This document shows positions 54,906 through 64,000 of a DNA stretch of 64,000 nt, in pieces. Source of the DNA: an uncultured Planctomycetales bacterium (GTDB lineage Bacteria > Omnitrophota > Gorgyraeia > Gygaellales > Profunditerraquicolaceae). The position numbers were made by a program, and so were the translations under genes. The notes below the pieces were generated by a model, which saw only the letters and a list, made by a program, of their open reading frames with translations, was not told the origin of the DNA and made no database searches. Every line of letters starts with the position of its first letter. The first letter of the stretch is position 1. Where the stretch lies: positions 17,163-81,162 of the forward strand of contig CAZYCL010000003.1 in NCBI GenBank assembly GCA_964645795.1. The letters are read 5' to 3'.

Positions 54906-56804
54906 ATGTTTAAGTCATTAAAGATCTATTCGGGCCAGAGCTTCGAAATCGATAAGCTCCTTGAGCACCTAACCTCTTTTAATTACCGCAGGCAGGAAAA
55001 CTCCACGCAGGAAGGCGATTTCTCCAGCCGCGGAAGCCTCGTCGATATCTTCCCTTTTTCGTTTGAACTGCCCATAAGGATAGATTTCTGCGACGACAAG
55101 ATCACCTCGATCAAAAGCTTTGATCCGGTTTCGGGAAATCCCCTGTGGGAGCACAGGCTTGCGATCATCCTGCCCATCAGGAAATACCATGCCGTCAGGA
55201 CAAAGCTATTCGATGAAAACTTTCCGATCAACAACTTCATCGATCTAAAAAGCGGCGACTATGTGGTGCACAACCAGTATGGCATAGGCAGGTTCATAGG
55301 TTTTGAAAAATTAAGAAAGACCGACACCAAAGAGCACCTGGTCATCGAGTATGATAAGGCAGAGAAGCTCTATGTGAGCGTTGATGCGATGCATTTGGTG
55401 CAGAAGTACATCGCTTTTGCCGCCAGGAAGCCAAAGCTTTACCGTCTGGGCTCAAGGGAGTGGATTACTACCAAAGAAAAAACCAGAAAAAAGATACAGA
55501 AGCTCGCCTGGGAGTTATTGAGCCTTCAGGCGCTGAGGATGAGCGCCGCGGGATTTACCCACGCCAAAGACGGAGAATGGCAGGCTGAGTTTGAGAAGGG
55601 GTTTGAGTTTACTGAGACGCAAGACCAGAAAAAAGCGGCAGTTGATGTAAAGCGCGACATGGAATCACCCCGACCCATGGACAGGCTCTTATGCGGCGAT
55701 GTGGGCTACGGCAAGACCGAGGTAGCCATGCGCGCGATATTTAAGGCCGTAATGAGCAATAAACAGGCGGCTTACCTGGTGCCTACGACGATACTGGCCG
55801 AGCAGCATCATCATAACTTCAGAAGAAGGCTTGAGGGGTTTCCGGTAAGGGTGGAGCTTCTTTGCAGGTTCAAGACGGACAGCGAACAGAAAAACATTAT
55901 CAGGGGGTTGGCAGAAGGCTCTGTCGATATCGTCATCGGCACTCACCGCCTGCTTTCCGATGACGTGTCGTTTAAGGACCTGGGGCTGGTGGTGATAGAT
56001 GAGGAGCAGCGTTTTGGGGTCAAGGCAAAAGAAAAGCTCAAGAAGCTCAGGCTTTCTATCGACGTCCTGACGCTGACCGCTACCCCCATCCCAAGGACCC
56101 TTTATATGAGCCTGATGGGGGCAAAAGACCTTTCGGTGATCAACACCCCTCCCCAAAATAGATTGCCAATACAGACGGTTGTGGTAGAATATGACCAAGA
56201 CCTTATCGTCCAGGCGGTCCTGAGGGAAAGGCGGCGCAAAGGCCAGGTATTCTACCTGCACAACCGTGTTCAGGACATATATCGGGTAAAAAAGAAGCTT
56301 GAAGAAAAACTCAGCCCCGATATAAGGATAGCGGTCGCTCACGGCCAGATGCATCCCAAGGAGCTCGAAGCCGTAATGGACGATTTTTTCGACGGCAAGA
56401 TCGACCTTTTGGTGTGCACGATGATAATCGAATCGGGGTTGGATGTCCCCAACGCCAATACCATCATCGTGGATGATGCACAGATGTTCGGTCTATCCGA
56501 TCTGCACCAGTTGCGCGGCCGGGTCGGGAGGTTCGACCGCAGCGCCTTTGCCTATTTTCTTGTTCCCCGGGGAGGGCTTGATTCGCTTGACGCCCCGGCC
56601 AAAAAAAGGCTCCTGGCAATTCAGGAGCTGGCTTACCTTGGTGCGGGCTTCAATATCGCCATGGAAGATTTAGAGATCAGGGGCGCGGGCAATCTTTTGG
56701 GTATTGAGCAGCACGGCTTTATTCTGGCCGTAGGATTTGACCTGTATTGCCGGCTGCTTCGCGAATCGATCGAAAATATAAAAAAGGCGAAAGTTAATCC
56801 ATGA
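54906..56804 (+). CDS. mfd: Mfd-like (transcription-repair coupling factor) DNA translocase, short form lacking the UvrB-homology N-terminus (D1a/D2/D1b) and C-terminal D7
   Basis: 632 aa. D3-like ...[36 protein letters not shown].... RNAP-interacting CarD/TRCF domain ...[20 protein letters not shown].... SF2 motifs ...[17 protein letters not shown]... and ...[10 protein letters not shown].... Ends at ...[32 protein letters not shown]..., which in E. coli Mfd precedes D7. secDF ends only 16 nt upstream. Confidence 0.7.
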   Translation: MFKSLKIYSGQSFEIDKLLEHLTSFNYRRQENSTQEGDFSSRGSLVDIFPFSFELPIRIDFCDDKITSIKSFDPVSGNPLWEHRLAIILPIRKYHAVRTKLFDENFPINNFIDLKSGDYVVHNQYGIGRFIGFEKLRKTDTKEHLVIEYDKAEKLYVSVDAMHLVQKYIAFAARKPKLYRLGSREWITTKEKTRKKIQKLAWELLSLQALRMSAAGFTHAKDGEWQAEFEKGFEFTETQDQKKAAVDVKRDMESPRPMDRLLCGDVGYGKTEVAMRAIFKAVMSNKQAAYLVPTTILAEQHHHNFRRRLEGFPVRVELLCRFKTDSEQKNIIRGLAEGSVDIVIGTHRLLSDDVSFKDLGLVVIDEEQRFGVKAKEKLKKLRLSIDVLTLTATPIPRTLYMSLMGAKDLSVINTPPQNRLPIQTVVVEYDQDLIVQAVLRERRRKGQVFYLHNRVQDIYRVKKKLEEKLSPDIRIAVAHGQMHPKELEAVMDDFFDGKIDLLVCTMIIESGLDVPNANTIIVDDAQMFGLSDLHQLRGRVGRFDRSAFAYFLVPRGGLDSLDAPAKKRLLAIQELAYLGAGFNIAMEDLEIRGAGNLLGIEQHGFILAVGFDLYCRLLRESIENIKKAKVNP

Positions 56805-57733
56805 AAATCTCTAATAAGTTTCTGAATCCTGCGCGTTTTTTTGTTATCCTGGCCCTGCTTACGGCCGGATACGCATCTGAGGCCCGTGCGGCCAACAAGA
56901 TCATTGCAATTGTCAACAGGGACACCATCACCCAAAAAGAGCTCGACGATTTCCTGGCCTTTATGTATATACAGTTTGCCCGCGAGGCAGGCGAGGAAGA
57001 GGCCCAGAAAAAGGTCGAAGGCATGAAGTCGGACCTCCTGGGAAAGCTTATCGAGGATAAGCTTATCCTGCAGGAGGCCAAGAAAGGAAAAATAGAAGTC
57101 GACAGCTCAAGGATCAAGGCAAGGATCGCGCAGATAAAAAAGGAGTACCCTTCGGATGTTGCCTTCCAGGCGGACCTGCTTAAGCAGGGGCTCTCTCAGG
57201 CGGACATCGAAAACAAGATCCGGGAGCAGCTGCTTACGCTTGCAGTGATCGAGCGCAAGATACGCTCCAGGATCGTGGTCAGGCCCGAAGAGGTCACCGC
57301 TTTCTACGAAGAGAACAAGGCGAAGTTCCTCTCCCCCGAGATAAGAGAGATGGAGGCCTATATTTTCAACAATAAGATCGACGCCACGCTTTTTTCGTAT
57401 AATAGCCGCCTGGGCAAGAAGATTGAAGAGCTTGCCGCCAGGTATCCTTTTGTCCTCCAGGTCCTGAAGACCTCCTCAAGCGATGAGCTCAAAAATGAGA
57501 TCCGCCAGGTAGTTTCCGGATTGAGCTACGCAGAGTTCTCGGAAGCGGTAAAGATCGACGATAAATACTATGTTTTTCGCCTCGCCGCCATAACCCCTCC
57601 AAAGCAGGAATCGCTCTTTGACGTTCAGGACAGGATCTACGCCTACCTTTTTGAGACAAAGATGCAGAAAGAGCTCGCCAAATGGCTTGGCGAGCTTAAA
57701 GAGCAGTCCTACATCAAAATCCTGAAGAATTAA
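56801..57733 (+). CDS. surA: SurA-like periplasmic chaperone (SurA N-/C-terminal chaperone module, no recognisable parvulin PPIase domain)
   Basis: Signal peptide. ...KIIAIVNRDTITQKELDDFL... SurA_N-like start. 310 aa. No parvulin core motif found. Conserved surA-pdxA-ksgA neighbourhood. Confidence 0.55.
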   Translation: MKISNKFLNPARFFVILALLTAGYASEARAANKIIAIVNRDTITQKELDDFLAFMYIQFAREAGEEEAQKKVEGMKSDLLGKLIEDKLILQEAKKGKIEVDSSRIKARIAQIKKEYPSDVAFQADLLKQGLSQADIENKIREQLLTLAVIERKIRSRIVVRPEEVTAFYEENKAKFLSPEIREMEAYIFNNKIDATLFSYNSRLGKKIEELAARYPFVLQVLKTSSSDELKNEIRQVVSGLSYAEFSEAVKIDDKYYVFRLAAITPPKQESLFDVQDRIYAYLFETKMQKELAKWLGELKEQSYIKILKN

Positions 57734-57734
57734 G

Positions 57735-58694
57735 ATGGACCGCAAAAAAGGCATCCGTGTCGGGGTCACTATGGGAGATCCCTCCGGGATAGGGCCGGCG
57801 TTAATGATCAAATCCCTGGCCGTCCTTGGCGGCAAGCTTGACTTGACCCTGATCGCAGACCGCAGGATCCTGCGCAAGGCAGGCAGAATCTCTTCCTGCA
57901 AGAAGGCGCGTATCGTAGATTTGGAAAACGTTGCGGCCAAAAACTTTTCGTTTGGAAAGATCGATGCGGCCTACGCAAGGGCCTCGATCGAATATCTGGA
58001 CAAGGCCATCGAGCTTATCGAGAAGGACGAAATCGACTGCCTGGTAACTTGTCCGATATCCAAGGAAGCGTTAAGACTGGCCGGCATAAACTTTCCCGGG
58101 CACACCGAATATCTTGCCTGCAAGACCGGCACCCGCCGTTTTGAGATGATGCTGCTTAACCGCAAGATCCGCTTCATCAGCCTTACCCGGCATATCCGTC
58201 TTAAAGATGTCCCCGGCGCGATCACCTCACAGATGTTGTCAGATACCGGCATCTTCGCAGACAGAGAGCTTAAACGGCTTTTTTCCATAAAGAGGCCGAG
58301 GATGGTCGTTTGCGGGCTTAATCCCCATGCTTCTGACAATGGAGTAATAGGCGATGAGGAAAACCGCGTAGTAAAACCAGCAGTCAGGGACCTGCGGCAA
58401 GCGGGAGTCGATATATGCGGACCTTTTTCAGCCGACGTAGCGGTCCAAAAAGCTTATAGCGGCGATTTTGACTGCGCCATCGCCATGTATCATGACCAGG
58501 CGCTCATACCCTTAAAGCTGTTAAGAGGCTGGCCCGGGGCCAACATCACGCTGGGCCTGCCTTTTGTCAGGAGCTCGCCTCTGCACGGAACGGCTTTTGA
58601 TATCGCCAGTCGTCCGCAGATCGTAGACCCCAGTTCCCTGATATATGCCGTAAATCTTGCCGTAAAATGCAGCCAAAACCTAAAAAGAGCTTAG
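57735..58694 (+). CDS. pdxA: 4-hydroxythreonine-4-phosphate dehydrogenase
   Basis: ...IRVGVTMGDPSGIGPALMIKSL..., ...GHTEYLA..., ...AMYHDQALIPLK... Confidence 0.9.
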   Translation: MDRKKGIRVGVTMGDPSGIGPALMIKSLAVLGGKLDLTLIADRRILRKAGRISSCKKARIVDLENVAAKNFSFGKIDAAYARASIEYLDKAIELIEKDEIDCLVTCPISKEALRLAGINFPGHTEYLACKTGTRRFEMMLLNRKIRFISLTRHIRLKDVPGAITSQMLSDTGIFADRELKRLFSIKRPRMVVCGLNPHASDNGVIGDEENRVVKPAVRDLRQAGVDICGPFSADVAVQKAYSGDFDCAIAMYHDQALIPLKLLRGWPGANITLGLPFVRSSPLHGTAFDIASRPQIVDPSSLIYAVNLAVKCSQNLKRA

Positions 58695-59452
58695 GCCAGA
58701 ATTTTCTTGTTTCGCAAGGCGTAAGATGCAAGATCGTCAATTCCTGCGGATTCAAGGCAGCCGATATAGTCGTTGAGATCGGCCCGGGAAGGGGAGAGTT
58801 GACCGCCATGATCCTGCCTCTGGTGGGAAGGCTTTACGCCGTGGAGCTGGATTCTGCCCTGTCATGCCGTTTAAGGCAAATGTTTGCCGGCGCCGATAAC
58901 TTAGAGGTCATTAACAGGGATTTCCTGAAGCTGGGGCTCAGTAATTACGCCGCAGGCGGCCAGAAGCTAAGAGTGATCGGCAATATTCCCTATTATATCT
59001 CAACGCCGATATTGGAGTCGCTGGTCGGGTCAAAGGATGTGATCAGAGATGTTTTTCTGACCGTTCAGAAGGAGTTCGCCGAGAGGATCATCGCTAAAAC
59101 CAAAACCGGCGCCTTTGGGGCGCTGAGTTGTTTCATCCAGTATAACTTCAACGTTAAAAAGCTTTTTGACATAAAAAGCGGCTCATTCTTCCCAAGGCCT
59201 AAGGTCGATTCTTCTTTCCTGCACCTGGTGCCAAGGGCTTGTGAGTTGGCAGGGGACAGAATGGGGCAGGAGCGCCTCTTCAGGCTGATCAGGTCCGCCT
59301 TTTGCCAGCGCAGGAAGACGCTGAGAAACAGCCTTACGGGCATCGTCGATAAACACAGTCTTGACAGGTTTTTTTCCTCCAGGCGTTTGAACAGGAATGC
59401 CAGGCCCCAGGATATTTCGCTGGAAGATTTTATTTACCTGGCTTCTGCCTGA
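58667..59452 (+). CDS. rsmA: 16S rRNA (adenine1518/1519-N6)-dimethyltransferase
   Basis: ...KKSLGQNFLVSQG..., ...VVEIGPGRGELT..., ...IGNIPYYISTPIL... Confidence 0.9.
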   Translation: MQPKPKKSLGQNFLVSQGVRCKIVNSCGFKAADIVVEIGPGRGELTAMILPLVGRLYAVELDSALSCRLRQMFAGADNLEVINRDFLKLGLSNYAAGGQKLRVIGNIPYYISTPILESLVGSKDVIRDVFLTVQKEFAERIIAKTKTGAFGALSCFIQYNFNVKKLFDIKSGSFFPRPKVDSSFLHLVPRACELAGDRMGQERLFRLIRSAFCQRRKTLRNSLTGIVDKHSLDRFFSSRRLNRNARPQDISLEDFIYLASA

Positions 59453-59497
59453 TCCCTGCCCCCCCAGCCTTATTCATAAAAAAATATAAAATTTATA

Positions 59498-59526
59498 TTG
59501 ACAAAACCGCCGTAAGTGTATATACT
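59498..59526 (+). promoter_or_regulatory. Candidate sigma70 promoter for the tRNA-Thr / rpmG / tRNA-Trp / secE / nusG unit (TTGACA, 17-nt spacer, TATACT)
   Basis: TTGACA at 59498-59503 and TATACT at 59521-59526, about 130 nt upstream of the tRNA-Thr gene. Confidence 0.5.
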
Positions 59527-59653
59527 TTATGTCTCTACATTAATTCCCTAGTAGGTTAATTACTTAATCCGCAGTACTTTAAAAAAGAATTTTAAGAAAA
59601 TTCTTTATGGGGGATTTTTTACGCTTTTTCAGGCCGACTGGCTTCCGGTCTTC

Positions 59654-59726
59654 GCTGGAGTAGCTCAGTTGGTAGAGCACGTCCTTGGTAAGGACGGGGT
59701 CACGGGTTCAATTCCCGTCTCCAGCT
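59654..59726 (+). tRNA. tRNA-Thr (anticodon GGU)
   Basis: Hand-folded cloverleaf: acceptor GCTGGAG/CTCCAGC, D-arm GCTC-AGTTGGTA-GAGC, anticodon arm CGTCC-TTGGTAA-GGACG, T-arm ACGGG-TTCAATT-CCCGT. CCA is not encoded. Confidence 0.85.
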
Positions 59727-59744
59727 TAAATTATCTAATAAAAA

Positions 59745-59894
59745 ATGCGCGAGATAATCACGTTAGAGTGTACGGTTTGCAAGAATAGGAACTACACTAC
59801 CACCAAGAACAAGAAGCAGCATCAGGACAGGCTGGAGATCAAGAAGTTCTGCAAATCCTGTCATAAGCATACTGCGCATAAAGAAACGAAGTAA
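59745..59894 (+). CDS. rpmG: 50S ribosomal protein L33
   Basis: 49 aa, below the track cutoff. [49 protein letters not shown] with the zinc-ribbon CxxC...CxxC. Confidence 0.85.
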   Translation: MREIITLECTVCKNRNYTTTKNKKQHQDRLEIKKFCKSCHKHTAHKETK

Positions 59895-59912
59895 TGCTTA
59901 GAGGCGTCGGTT

Positions 59913-59984
59913 AGGGGTGTCGGTTAACTGGCAAACCACCGGTCTCCAAAACCGGAACTGGGGGTTCGAGTCCCTCCGCCCCTG
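59913..59984 (+). tRNA. tRNA-Trp (anticodon CCA)
   Basis: Hand-folded: acceptor AGGGGTG/CGCCCCT, anticodon arm CCGGT-CTCCAAA-ACCGG, T-loop TTCGAGT. Classic position between rpmG and secE. Confidence 0.85.
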
Positions 59985-60014
59985 TAAAAACAAGCGATGG
60001 GATAGAGACAGCGT

Positions 60015-60209
60015 ATGAAGCCGTTAAAGAACGCGATAAATTTCATCAGGGAAGTAAGGGTCGAGCTGGGTAAGGTTGCCTGGTCGACCCGTCAGGAGCT
60101 TTTGTCGTCCACCATGCTGGTGCTCTCCATAACCGGCATAATGGCCGCTTTTATCGGGGCGCTGGACATCGCCCTGTCCAAAGGGCTTACCCTGCTGTTT
60201 AAAATGTAG
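60015..60209 (+). CDS. secE: Preprotein translocase subunit SecE
   Basis: 64 aa with a single C-terminal TM helix. ...INFIREVRVELGKVAWSTRQEL... Confidence 0.85.
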   Translation: MKPLKNAINFIREVRVELGKVAWSTRQELLSSTMLVLSITGIMAAFIGALDIALSKGLTLLFKM

Positions 60210-60213
60210 GCAT

Positions 60214-60738
60214 ATGCATTGGTATATCGTACATACACAGACCGGCTCGGAAGATAAAGTGAAGGCATCCCTGGAGAACAGGATCACGCAGGAGAAGATG
60301 CAGGAGCTTATCGGCAAGGTCATTATACCCACCGAGCAGGTCTCCGAGATCCGTTCCGGGAAAAAGCGCATATCTCAGAGGAAGTTCTTCCCCGGCTACC
60401 TTCTTTTAGAGATGGAGCTCAACGAAAAGACTTATCTTTTTGTCAAGAGCGTCCCCGGAGTGACCGGTTTTATCGGGCTAGGCAAAAGGCCTATGCCGCT
60501 GCCTCAGAAGGAAGTAGACAATATTCTTAAACGCACCGAAGAGACCCAGGTCAAACCCAGCCCCAAGGTGATATTCGAGAAAGGCGAGCCCGTCAGGGTT
60601 ACGGAAGGACCGTTTTTGAACTTTAACGGTAGCATCGAAGAGGTCCATCCGGAGAAAGGCAAGATAAAGGTCAGTGTTTCGATCTTCGGCAGGGCTACGC
60701 CGGTGGAGCTGGAATACTGGCAAGTGGAGAAGCTGTAA
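60214..60738 (+). CDS. nusG: Transcription termination/antitermination factor NusG
   Basis: [24 protein letters not shown]... NGN domain and C-terminal KOW ...[21 protein letters not shown]... Confidence 0.9.
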   Translation: MHWYIVHTQTGSEDKVKASLENRITQEKMQELIGKVIIPTEQVSEIRSGKKRISQRKFFPGYLLLEMELNEKTYLFVKSVPGVTGFIGLGKRPMPLPQKEVDNILKRTEETQVKPSPKVIFEKGEPVRVTEGPFLNFNGSIEEVHPEKGKIKVSVSIFGRATPVELEYWQVEKL

Positions 60739-61166
60739 TGGCAAAGAAAGCCGTAAAGGCGCTGATCAAGCTACATGTTTCTGCGGGCCAGGCAAATCCC
60801 GCGCCTCCTGTCGGACCGGCACTCGGTCAGCACGGAGTCAACATCATGCAGTTCTGCAAGCAGTTCAATGACCAGACCAAGGCCAGGGAAGGGCTTATCC
60901 TGCCGGTGGTCATCTCGGTATACGAAGACAGGACCTTTTCCTTTATTATAAAGACCCCGCCTTCAAGCGTGCTTATCAAGCGCGCCGCAAACCTGGCTAA
61001 GGCTTCAGGGACCGCCGGCAAGGAAGTGATCGGCAAGATAACGCAAAAGCAGGCTGAGGAGATCGCAAGGCAGAAGATGGAAGACCTTAATACCGCGGAC
61101 ATTTCGCAGGCGTTAAAGATTATAAAGGGCACGGCTAAGAGCATGGGAATAGTAGTAGAGGGTTAA
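60738..61166 (+). CDS. rplK: 50S ribosomal protein L11
   Basis: ...[35 protein letters not shown]... Confidence 0.95.
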   Translation: MAKKAVKALIKLHVSAGQANPAPPVGPALGQHGVNIMQFCKQFNDQTKAREGLILPVVISVYEDRTFSFIIKTPPSSVLIKRAANLAKASGTAGKEVIGKITQKQAEEIARQKMEDLNTADISQALKIIKGTAKSMGIVVEG

Positions 61167-61167
61167 T

Positions 61168-61854
61168 ATGGCTACGGTCAAGAGAAGCAAGAGATACAGG
61201 GAATCGGAAAAGCTCGCGGATGTCAAAAAAATATATCAGCTAAAGGACGCCATAGCGATCATCAAGAAGATGGCGCCGCCGAAATTTAACGCCACCTGCG
61301 AGCTTCATTTCAACCTTAATGTGGATACCAAGAAGAGCGATCAGATGGTCAGGGGCACGGTAGTGCTTCCCCACGGGACGGGCAAGAAAATAAGGATCGC
61401 CGTATTCTGCAGGGGCGAGCATGAGAAGGAGGCCCGCGATGCGCACGCCGATCTTGTCGGCGGCACAGAGCTTATTGAAAAGGTAGCCGGCGGGTTCCTT
61501 GACTTTGACTGCGCCATCGCCACCCCGGACCTGATGAAGGATTTAAGCAAGCTGGGAAAGCTCTTGGGGCCTCGCGGCCTAATGCCCAGCCCCAAGACCG
61601 GTACGGTCACAAACGATATCGCCAAAGCCATTGAAGACGTAAAGAAGGGTAAGGTTGAGTTCCGCGTGGACAAGCAGGCCGGTATACATCTGTCGGTAGG
61701 TAAATGCTCTTTTAGCGAGGAGCAGCTTTTTGAGAACGCCTCAAAGGTCATCGAGGCGCTTAACGAAGCCAAGCCCGCCAGCATCAAGGGTAAGTTCATC
61801 AAGAGCGCCGCAATCTCCTCTTCCATGAACCCCGGATTAAAGATCTCAGCTTAA
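61168..61854 (+). CDS. rplA: 50S ribosomal protein L1
   Basis: 228 aa. ...KFNATCELHFNLNVDTKKSDQMVRGTVVLPHGTGK... Confidence 0.95.
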   Translation: MATVKRSKRYRESEKLADVKKIYQLKDAIAIIKKMAPPKFNATCELHFNLNVDTKKSDQMVRGTVVLPHGTGKKIRIAVFCRGEHEKEARDAHADLVGGTELIEKVAGGFLDFDCAIATPDLMKDLSKLGKLLGPRGLMPSPKTGTVTNDIAKAIEDVKKGKVEFRVDKQAGIHLSVGKCSFSEEQLFENASKVIEALNEAKPASIKGKFIKSAAISSSMNPGLKISA

Positions 61855-61878
61855 AGCTTAAGAAGGAAGATAAAAGCC

Positions 61879-62412
61879 ATGAAAAAAGTCGGTTTGATAG
61901 TAAAAGAGGCCTCCCAGGGCAGGATAAAGACCCACCTTAAGGACTCCAGCGCCCTTTTTGTGATAAGATACTCGGGTCTTTCCTCGCCGGACATGTCGCA
62001 GTTAAGGCAGGCTTTAAGGGGCGCCAATGCCAATCTATTCGTGGTAAAGAACAGCGTAGCCCGCCGCGCCCTGACCGAGCAGGGGTTGGAGCAGATGATT
62101 AAGACCATTGACGGACCGTGCGGCCTGGTGTTTGCAAAGGATGAGCCGGTAGGCACCTCTAAGGCCATCTGCAATTTTGTCAAGGACCATGAAAAGCTCG
62201 TTCTTCAGGGCGGATGGCTTCAGGACAGGCTGCTAGAAAAGACCGACATCGAAGCTATGGCCAAGCTTCCCGGAAAAGAAGCGCTCAGGGCACAGCTGGT
62301 CTGCGCGCTTAACTCGCCGATATCCGGCTTCGTAATCATACTGAATCAAATACTGGTCAAGTTTGTGGTCTGCCTTGACCAGATAAGGGATAAAAAAGCT
62401 AAACAATCATAA
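61879..62412 (+). CDS. rplJ: 50S ribosomal protein L10
   Basis: 177 aa, in the rplK-rplA-rplJ-rplL order. Confidence 0.9.
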   Translation: MKKVGLIVKEASQGRIKTHLKDSSALFVIRYSGLSSPDMSQLRQALRGANANLFVVKNSVARRALTEQGLEQMIKTIDGPCGLVFAKDEPVGTSKAICNFVKDHEKLVLQGGWLQDRLLEKTDIEAMAKLPGKEALRAQLVCALNSPISGFVIILNQILVKFVVCLDQIRDKKAKQS

Positions 62413-62426
62413 AGGAGGAACAAAAA

Positions 62427-62816
62427 ATGGCAGCTGAGAAAATGGAAACTTTGATCAAGTCCATCGAGGAGATGACGGTCCTGGAGCTGGCGGATCTGGT
62501 CAAGGCCCTGGAAGAGAAGTTCGGGGTCAAGGCCAACATGCCGATGATGGCTATGCCCGCAGCAGGGGCAGGGGCAGCAGGGGCGGCACCCGCGGCGGAG
62601 GAAAAATCGGTTTTCACCGTCATGCTTACCGGCGCCGGCGCTAACAAGATTGCCGTGATCAAGGAGGTAAGGACGATCACAAATCTGGGGCTCAAGGAAG
62701 CCAAAGACCTCGTCGATGGGGCGCCTAAAGCGGTAAAAGAAGGGGCGACCAAAGAAGAAGCCGAGGAGATGAAAAAGAAGCTGGAAGCAGCTGGCGCAAC
62801 CGTAGAATTAAAATAA
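62427..62816 (+). CDS. rplL: 50S ribosomal protein L7/L12
   Basis: ...[19 protein letters not shown]..., Ala/Gly-rich hinge, ...[33 protein letters not shown]... Confidence 0.95.
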   Translation: MAAEKMETLIKSIEEMTVLELADLVKALEEKFGVKANMPMMAMPAAGAGAAGAAPAAEEKSVFTVMLTGAGANKIAVIKEVRTITNLGLKEAKDLVDGAPKAVKEGATKEEAEEMKKKLEAAGATVELK

Positions 62817-62860
62817 ATTAAAAAACAAGACGCTCGAGGATCACCAACACTTTAAGCCAG

Positions 62861-64000
62861 ATGATAAAACGAAAGAACTTCGCCAAGTTCAAAGAAGTTT
62901 ACGATCTGCCTAACCTGCTGGATGTCCAGCTAGAGGCCTACCGCGATTTCCTTCAGATGGATGTTAATCCCCAGGAAAGAAAGAGGCAGGGGCTGCAGGA
63001 GGTCTTCGAAGAGATATTTCCCATCGAAAACCCCAACCGCACGGTAAAACTGGAGTTCATCAGTTATTCGCTAGGCAAGCCAAAGTACAGCATAGGAGAA
63101 TCCAAGAACCGGGCCATCACTTACGCAGCGCCCTTGAAGCTGAAGTTCAGGCTAAGCACTGCGCAGGAGACAAAAGAGCAGGACGCTTATTTCGGCGAGG
63201 TGCCGCTGATGACCGAGACCGGCACTTTTATCATCAACGGCGACGAGCGGGTCATTGTCAGCCAGCTGCAGCGTTCTCCGGGCGTGTCTTTTGAGGAGGA
63301 GGACCATCCTACCGGCAAGAAGATATTCTACGGCAGGATCATCCCATACCGCGGGGCTTGGCTCGAATTCAAATATGACATAAATGAGATGGTTATCGCC
63401 TATGTTGACCGCCGCAGGAATTTTCCCGCCACCCAGCTCTTAAGGATACTGGGCTTCTCCACCGACAGCGACATACATGCGGCCTTCGGCAAGGAGCACG
63501 CCGAGATCGCCAACACCCTCAAAAAAGACTTTACCAAGAATAAGGACGATGCCTACCTTGATTTCTACCGCAAGATGCGGCCTACCGAGCCGATCACCAA
63601 GGATGCCGCAGAGACATTATTTTACAGATTATTCTTCGATCCGGCAAGGTACGACCTTGAGCGGGCGGGGCGTTTTATACTCAACAGAAAGCTGGGTATG
63701 GATGTTTCGCTTGACAAGCGGATCCTTGATTCGGCCACGGTGATCAAGGTGATCGAGTATTTGATCAGGCTCAAGGCCGGCGAGGGCAGGATAGATGATA
63801 TAGACCATTTGGGTAACAGGCGCGTCAAGACCGTCGGGGAGCTTGTGCAGAACCAGATACGCATAGGCCTGGCAAGGGTAGAGCGCTCTATCAGGGAAAG
63901 GCTCAGCCTGTTAGGCGAGATAGGCACGCTTAACGTCCATTACCTGGTCAATTCGAAGCTCCTTTCCAATCAGATAAGGGATTTCTTCGCGCGCAGCCAG
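62861..64000 (+). CDS. rpoB: DNA-directed RNA polymerase beta subunit, N-terminal portion (continues beyond the window)
   Basis: ATG at 62861. MIKRKNFAKFKEVYDLPNLLDVQLEAYRDFLQ... matches the RpoB N-terminus. Absent from the track because it has no in-window stop. Confidence 0.9.
   Translation, partial: MIKRKNFAKFKEVYDLPNLLDVQLEAYRDFLQMDVNPQERKRQGLQEVFEEIFPIENPNRTVKLEFISYSLGKPKYSIGESKNRAITYAAPLKLKFRLSTAQETKEQDAYFGEVPLMTETGTFIINGDERVIVSQLQRSPGVSFEEEDHPTGKKIFYGRIIPYRGAWLEFKYDINEMVIAYVDRRRNFPATQLLRILGFSTDSDIHAAFGKEHAEIANTLKKDFTKNKDDAYLDFYRKMRPTEPITKDAAETLFYRLFFDPARYDLERAGRFILNRKLGMDVSLDKRILDSATVIKVIEYLIRLKAGEGRIDDIDHLGNRRVKTVGELVQNQIRIGLARVERSIRERLSLLGEIGTLNVHYLVNSKLLSNQIRDFFARSQ

Noticed and set aside
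59585-59620. AT-rich hairpin AAGAATTTT-aag-AAAATTCTT followed by GGGGGATTTTTT in the leader of the tRNA-Thr/rpmG unit
   Set aside because: The stem is entirely A/T and thermodynamically weak. It is more likely a chance low-complexity palindrome than an attenuator.
1-64000. Mobile elements, prophage, defence systems (RM, TA, CRISPR-Cas, Abi)
   Set aside because: I scanned all ORFs of 60 aa or more, and the intergenic regions, for transposase, integrase, recombinase, nuclease/methylase or toxin-like signatures. None was recognisable. The window looks like core chromosome plus a glycan cluster.

Overview
The window is a 64-kb chromosomal segment from a diderm bacterium (GC roughly 50%). It is probably an anaerobe, because it carries bcd-etfBA with a ferredoxin-fused EtfA, and probably an uncultivated lineage, but I cannot assign a phylum from the sequence. 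All but one of about 60 genes are on the + strand. No transposase, integrase, CRISPR array or obvious defence island is visible.

Gene content in order:
- 1-16.7 kb: LPS/surface-glycan cluster. WbaP-like initiating transferase, two O-antigen-ligase-like proteins, an SxtI/J/K-like carbamoyltransferase module, three GT2 enzymes, a candidate GT-C membrane transferase paired with a DPM1-like GT2, two GT9 heptosyltransferases, two SDR epimerases, GmhB, a GT28.
- 16.7-21.6 kb: PriA homologue, fmt, two tandem galT paralogues.
- 21.8-27.6 kb: gap, a membrane-fused spermidine-synthase-like gene, pgk, tpiA, secG.
- 27.7-31.1 kb: BT1-like transporter, marC-family gene, glgC, a GNAT.
- 31.2-35.1 kb: acyl-CoA dehydrogenase and etfBA flanked by two PilZ-domain genes.
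- 35.3-45.9 kb: small HTH protein, smc, a convergent GAF-GGDEF cyclase (only minus-strand gene), recA, htrA, recX, alaS.
- 45.9-52.1 kb: hisD-B-H-A, a PG-binding lipoprotein, hisF-I, trpE-like.
- 52.1-59.5 kb: rpsP, yajC, fused secDF, a short Mfd-like translocase, surA-like, pdxA, ksgA.
- 59.6-64.0 kb: tRNA-Thr, rpmG, tRNA-Trp, secE, nusG, rplKAJL, start of rpoB.

I did not find a clearly delimited novel multi-gene system. The most unusual items are:
- a PriA whose ATPase motifs I, II, V and VI are all eroded;
- an Mfd lacking the UvrA-recruiting N-terminus and the auto-inhibitory C-terminal domain;
- tandem GalT paralogues, one missing the nucleophilic His;
- a carbamoyltransferase-SxtJ-SxtK module with a 17-bp perfect inverted repeat between sxtJ and sxtK;
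- periodic direct repeats upstream of gap;
- a membrane-fused spermidine-synthase-like gene inserted between gap and pgk;
- an SDR epimerase with a zinc-ribbon insertion;
- PilZ genes flanking a putative electron-bifurcating Bcd/Etf module.

All functional calls come from reading the translated ORFs against remembered family signatures. No database search was possible.
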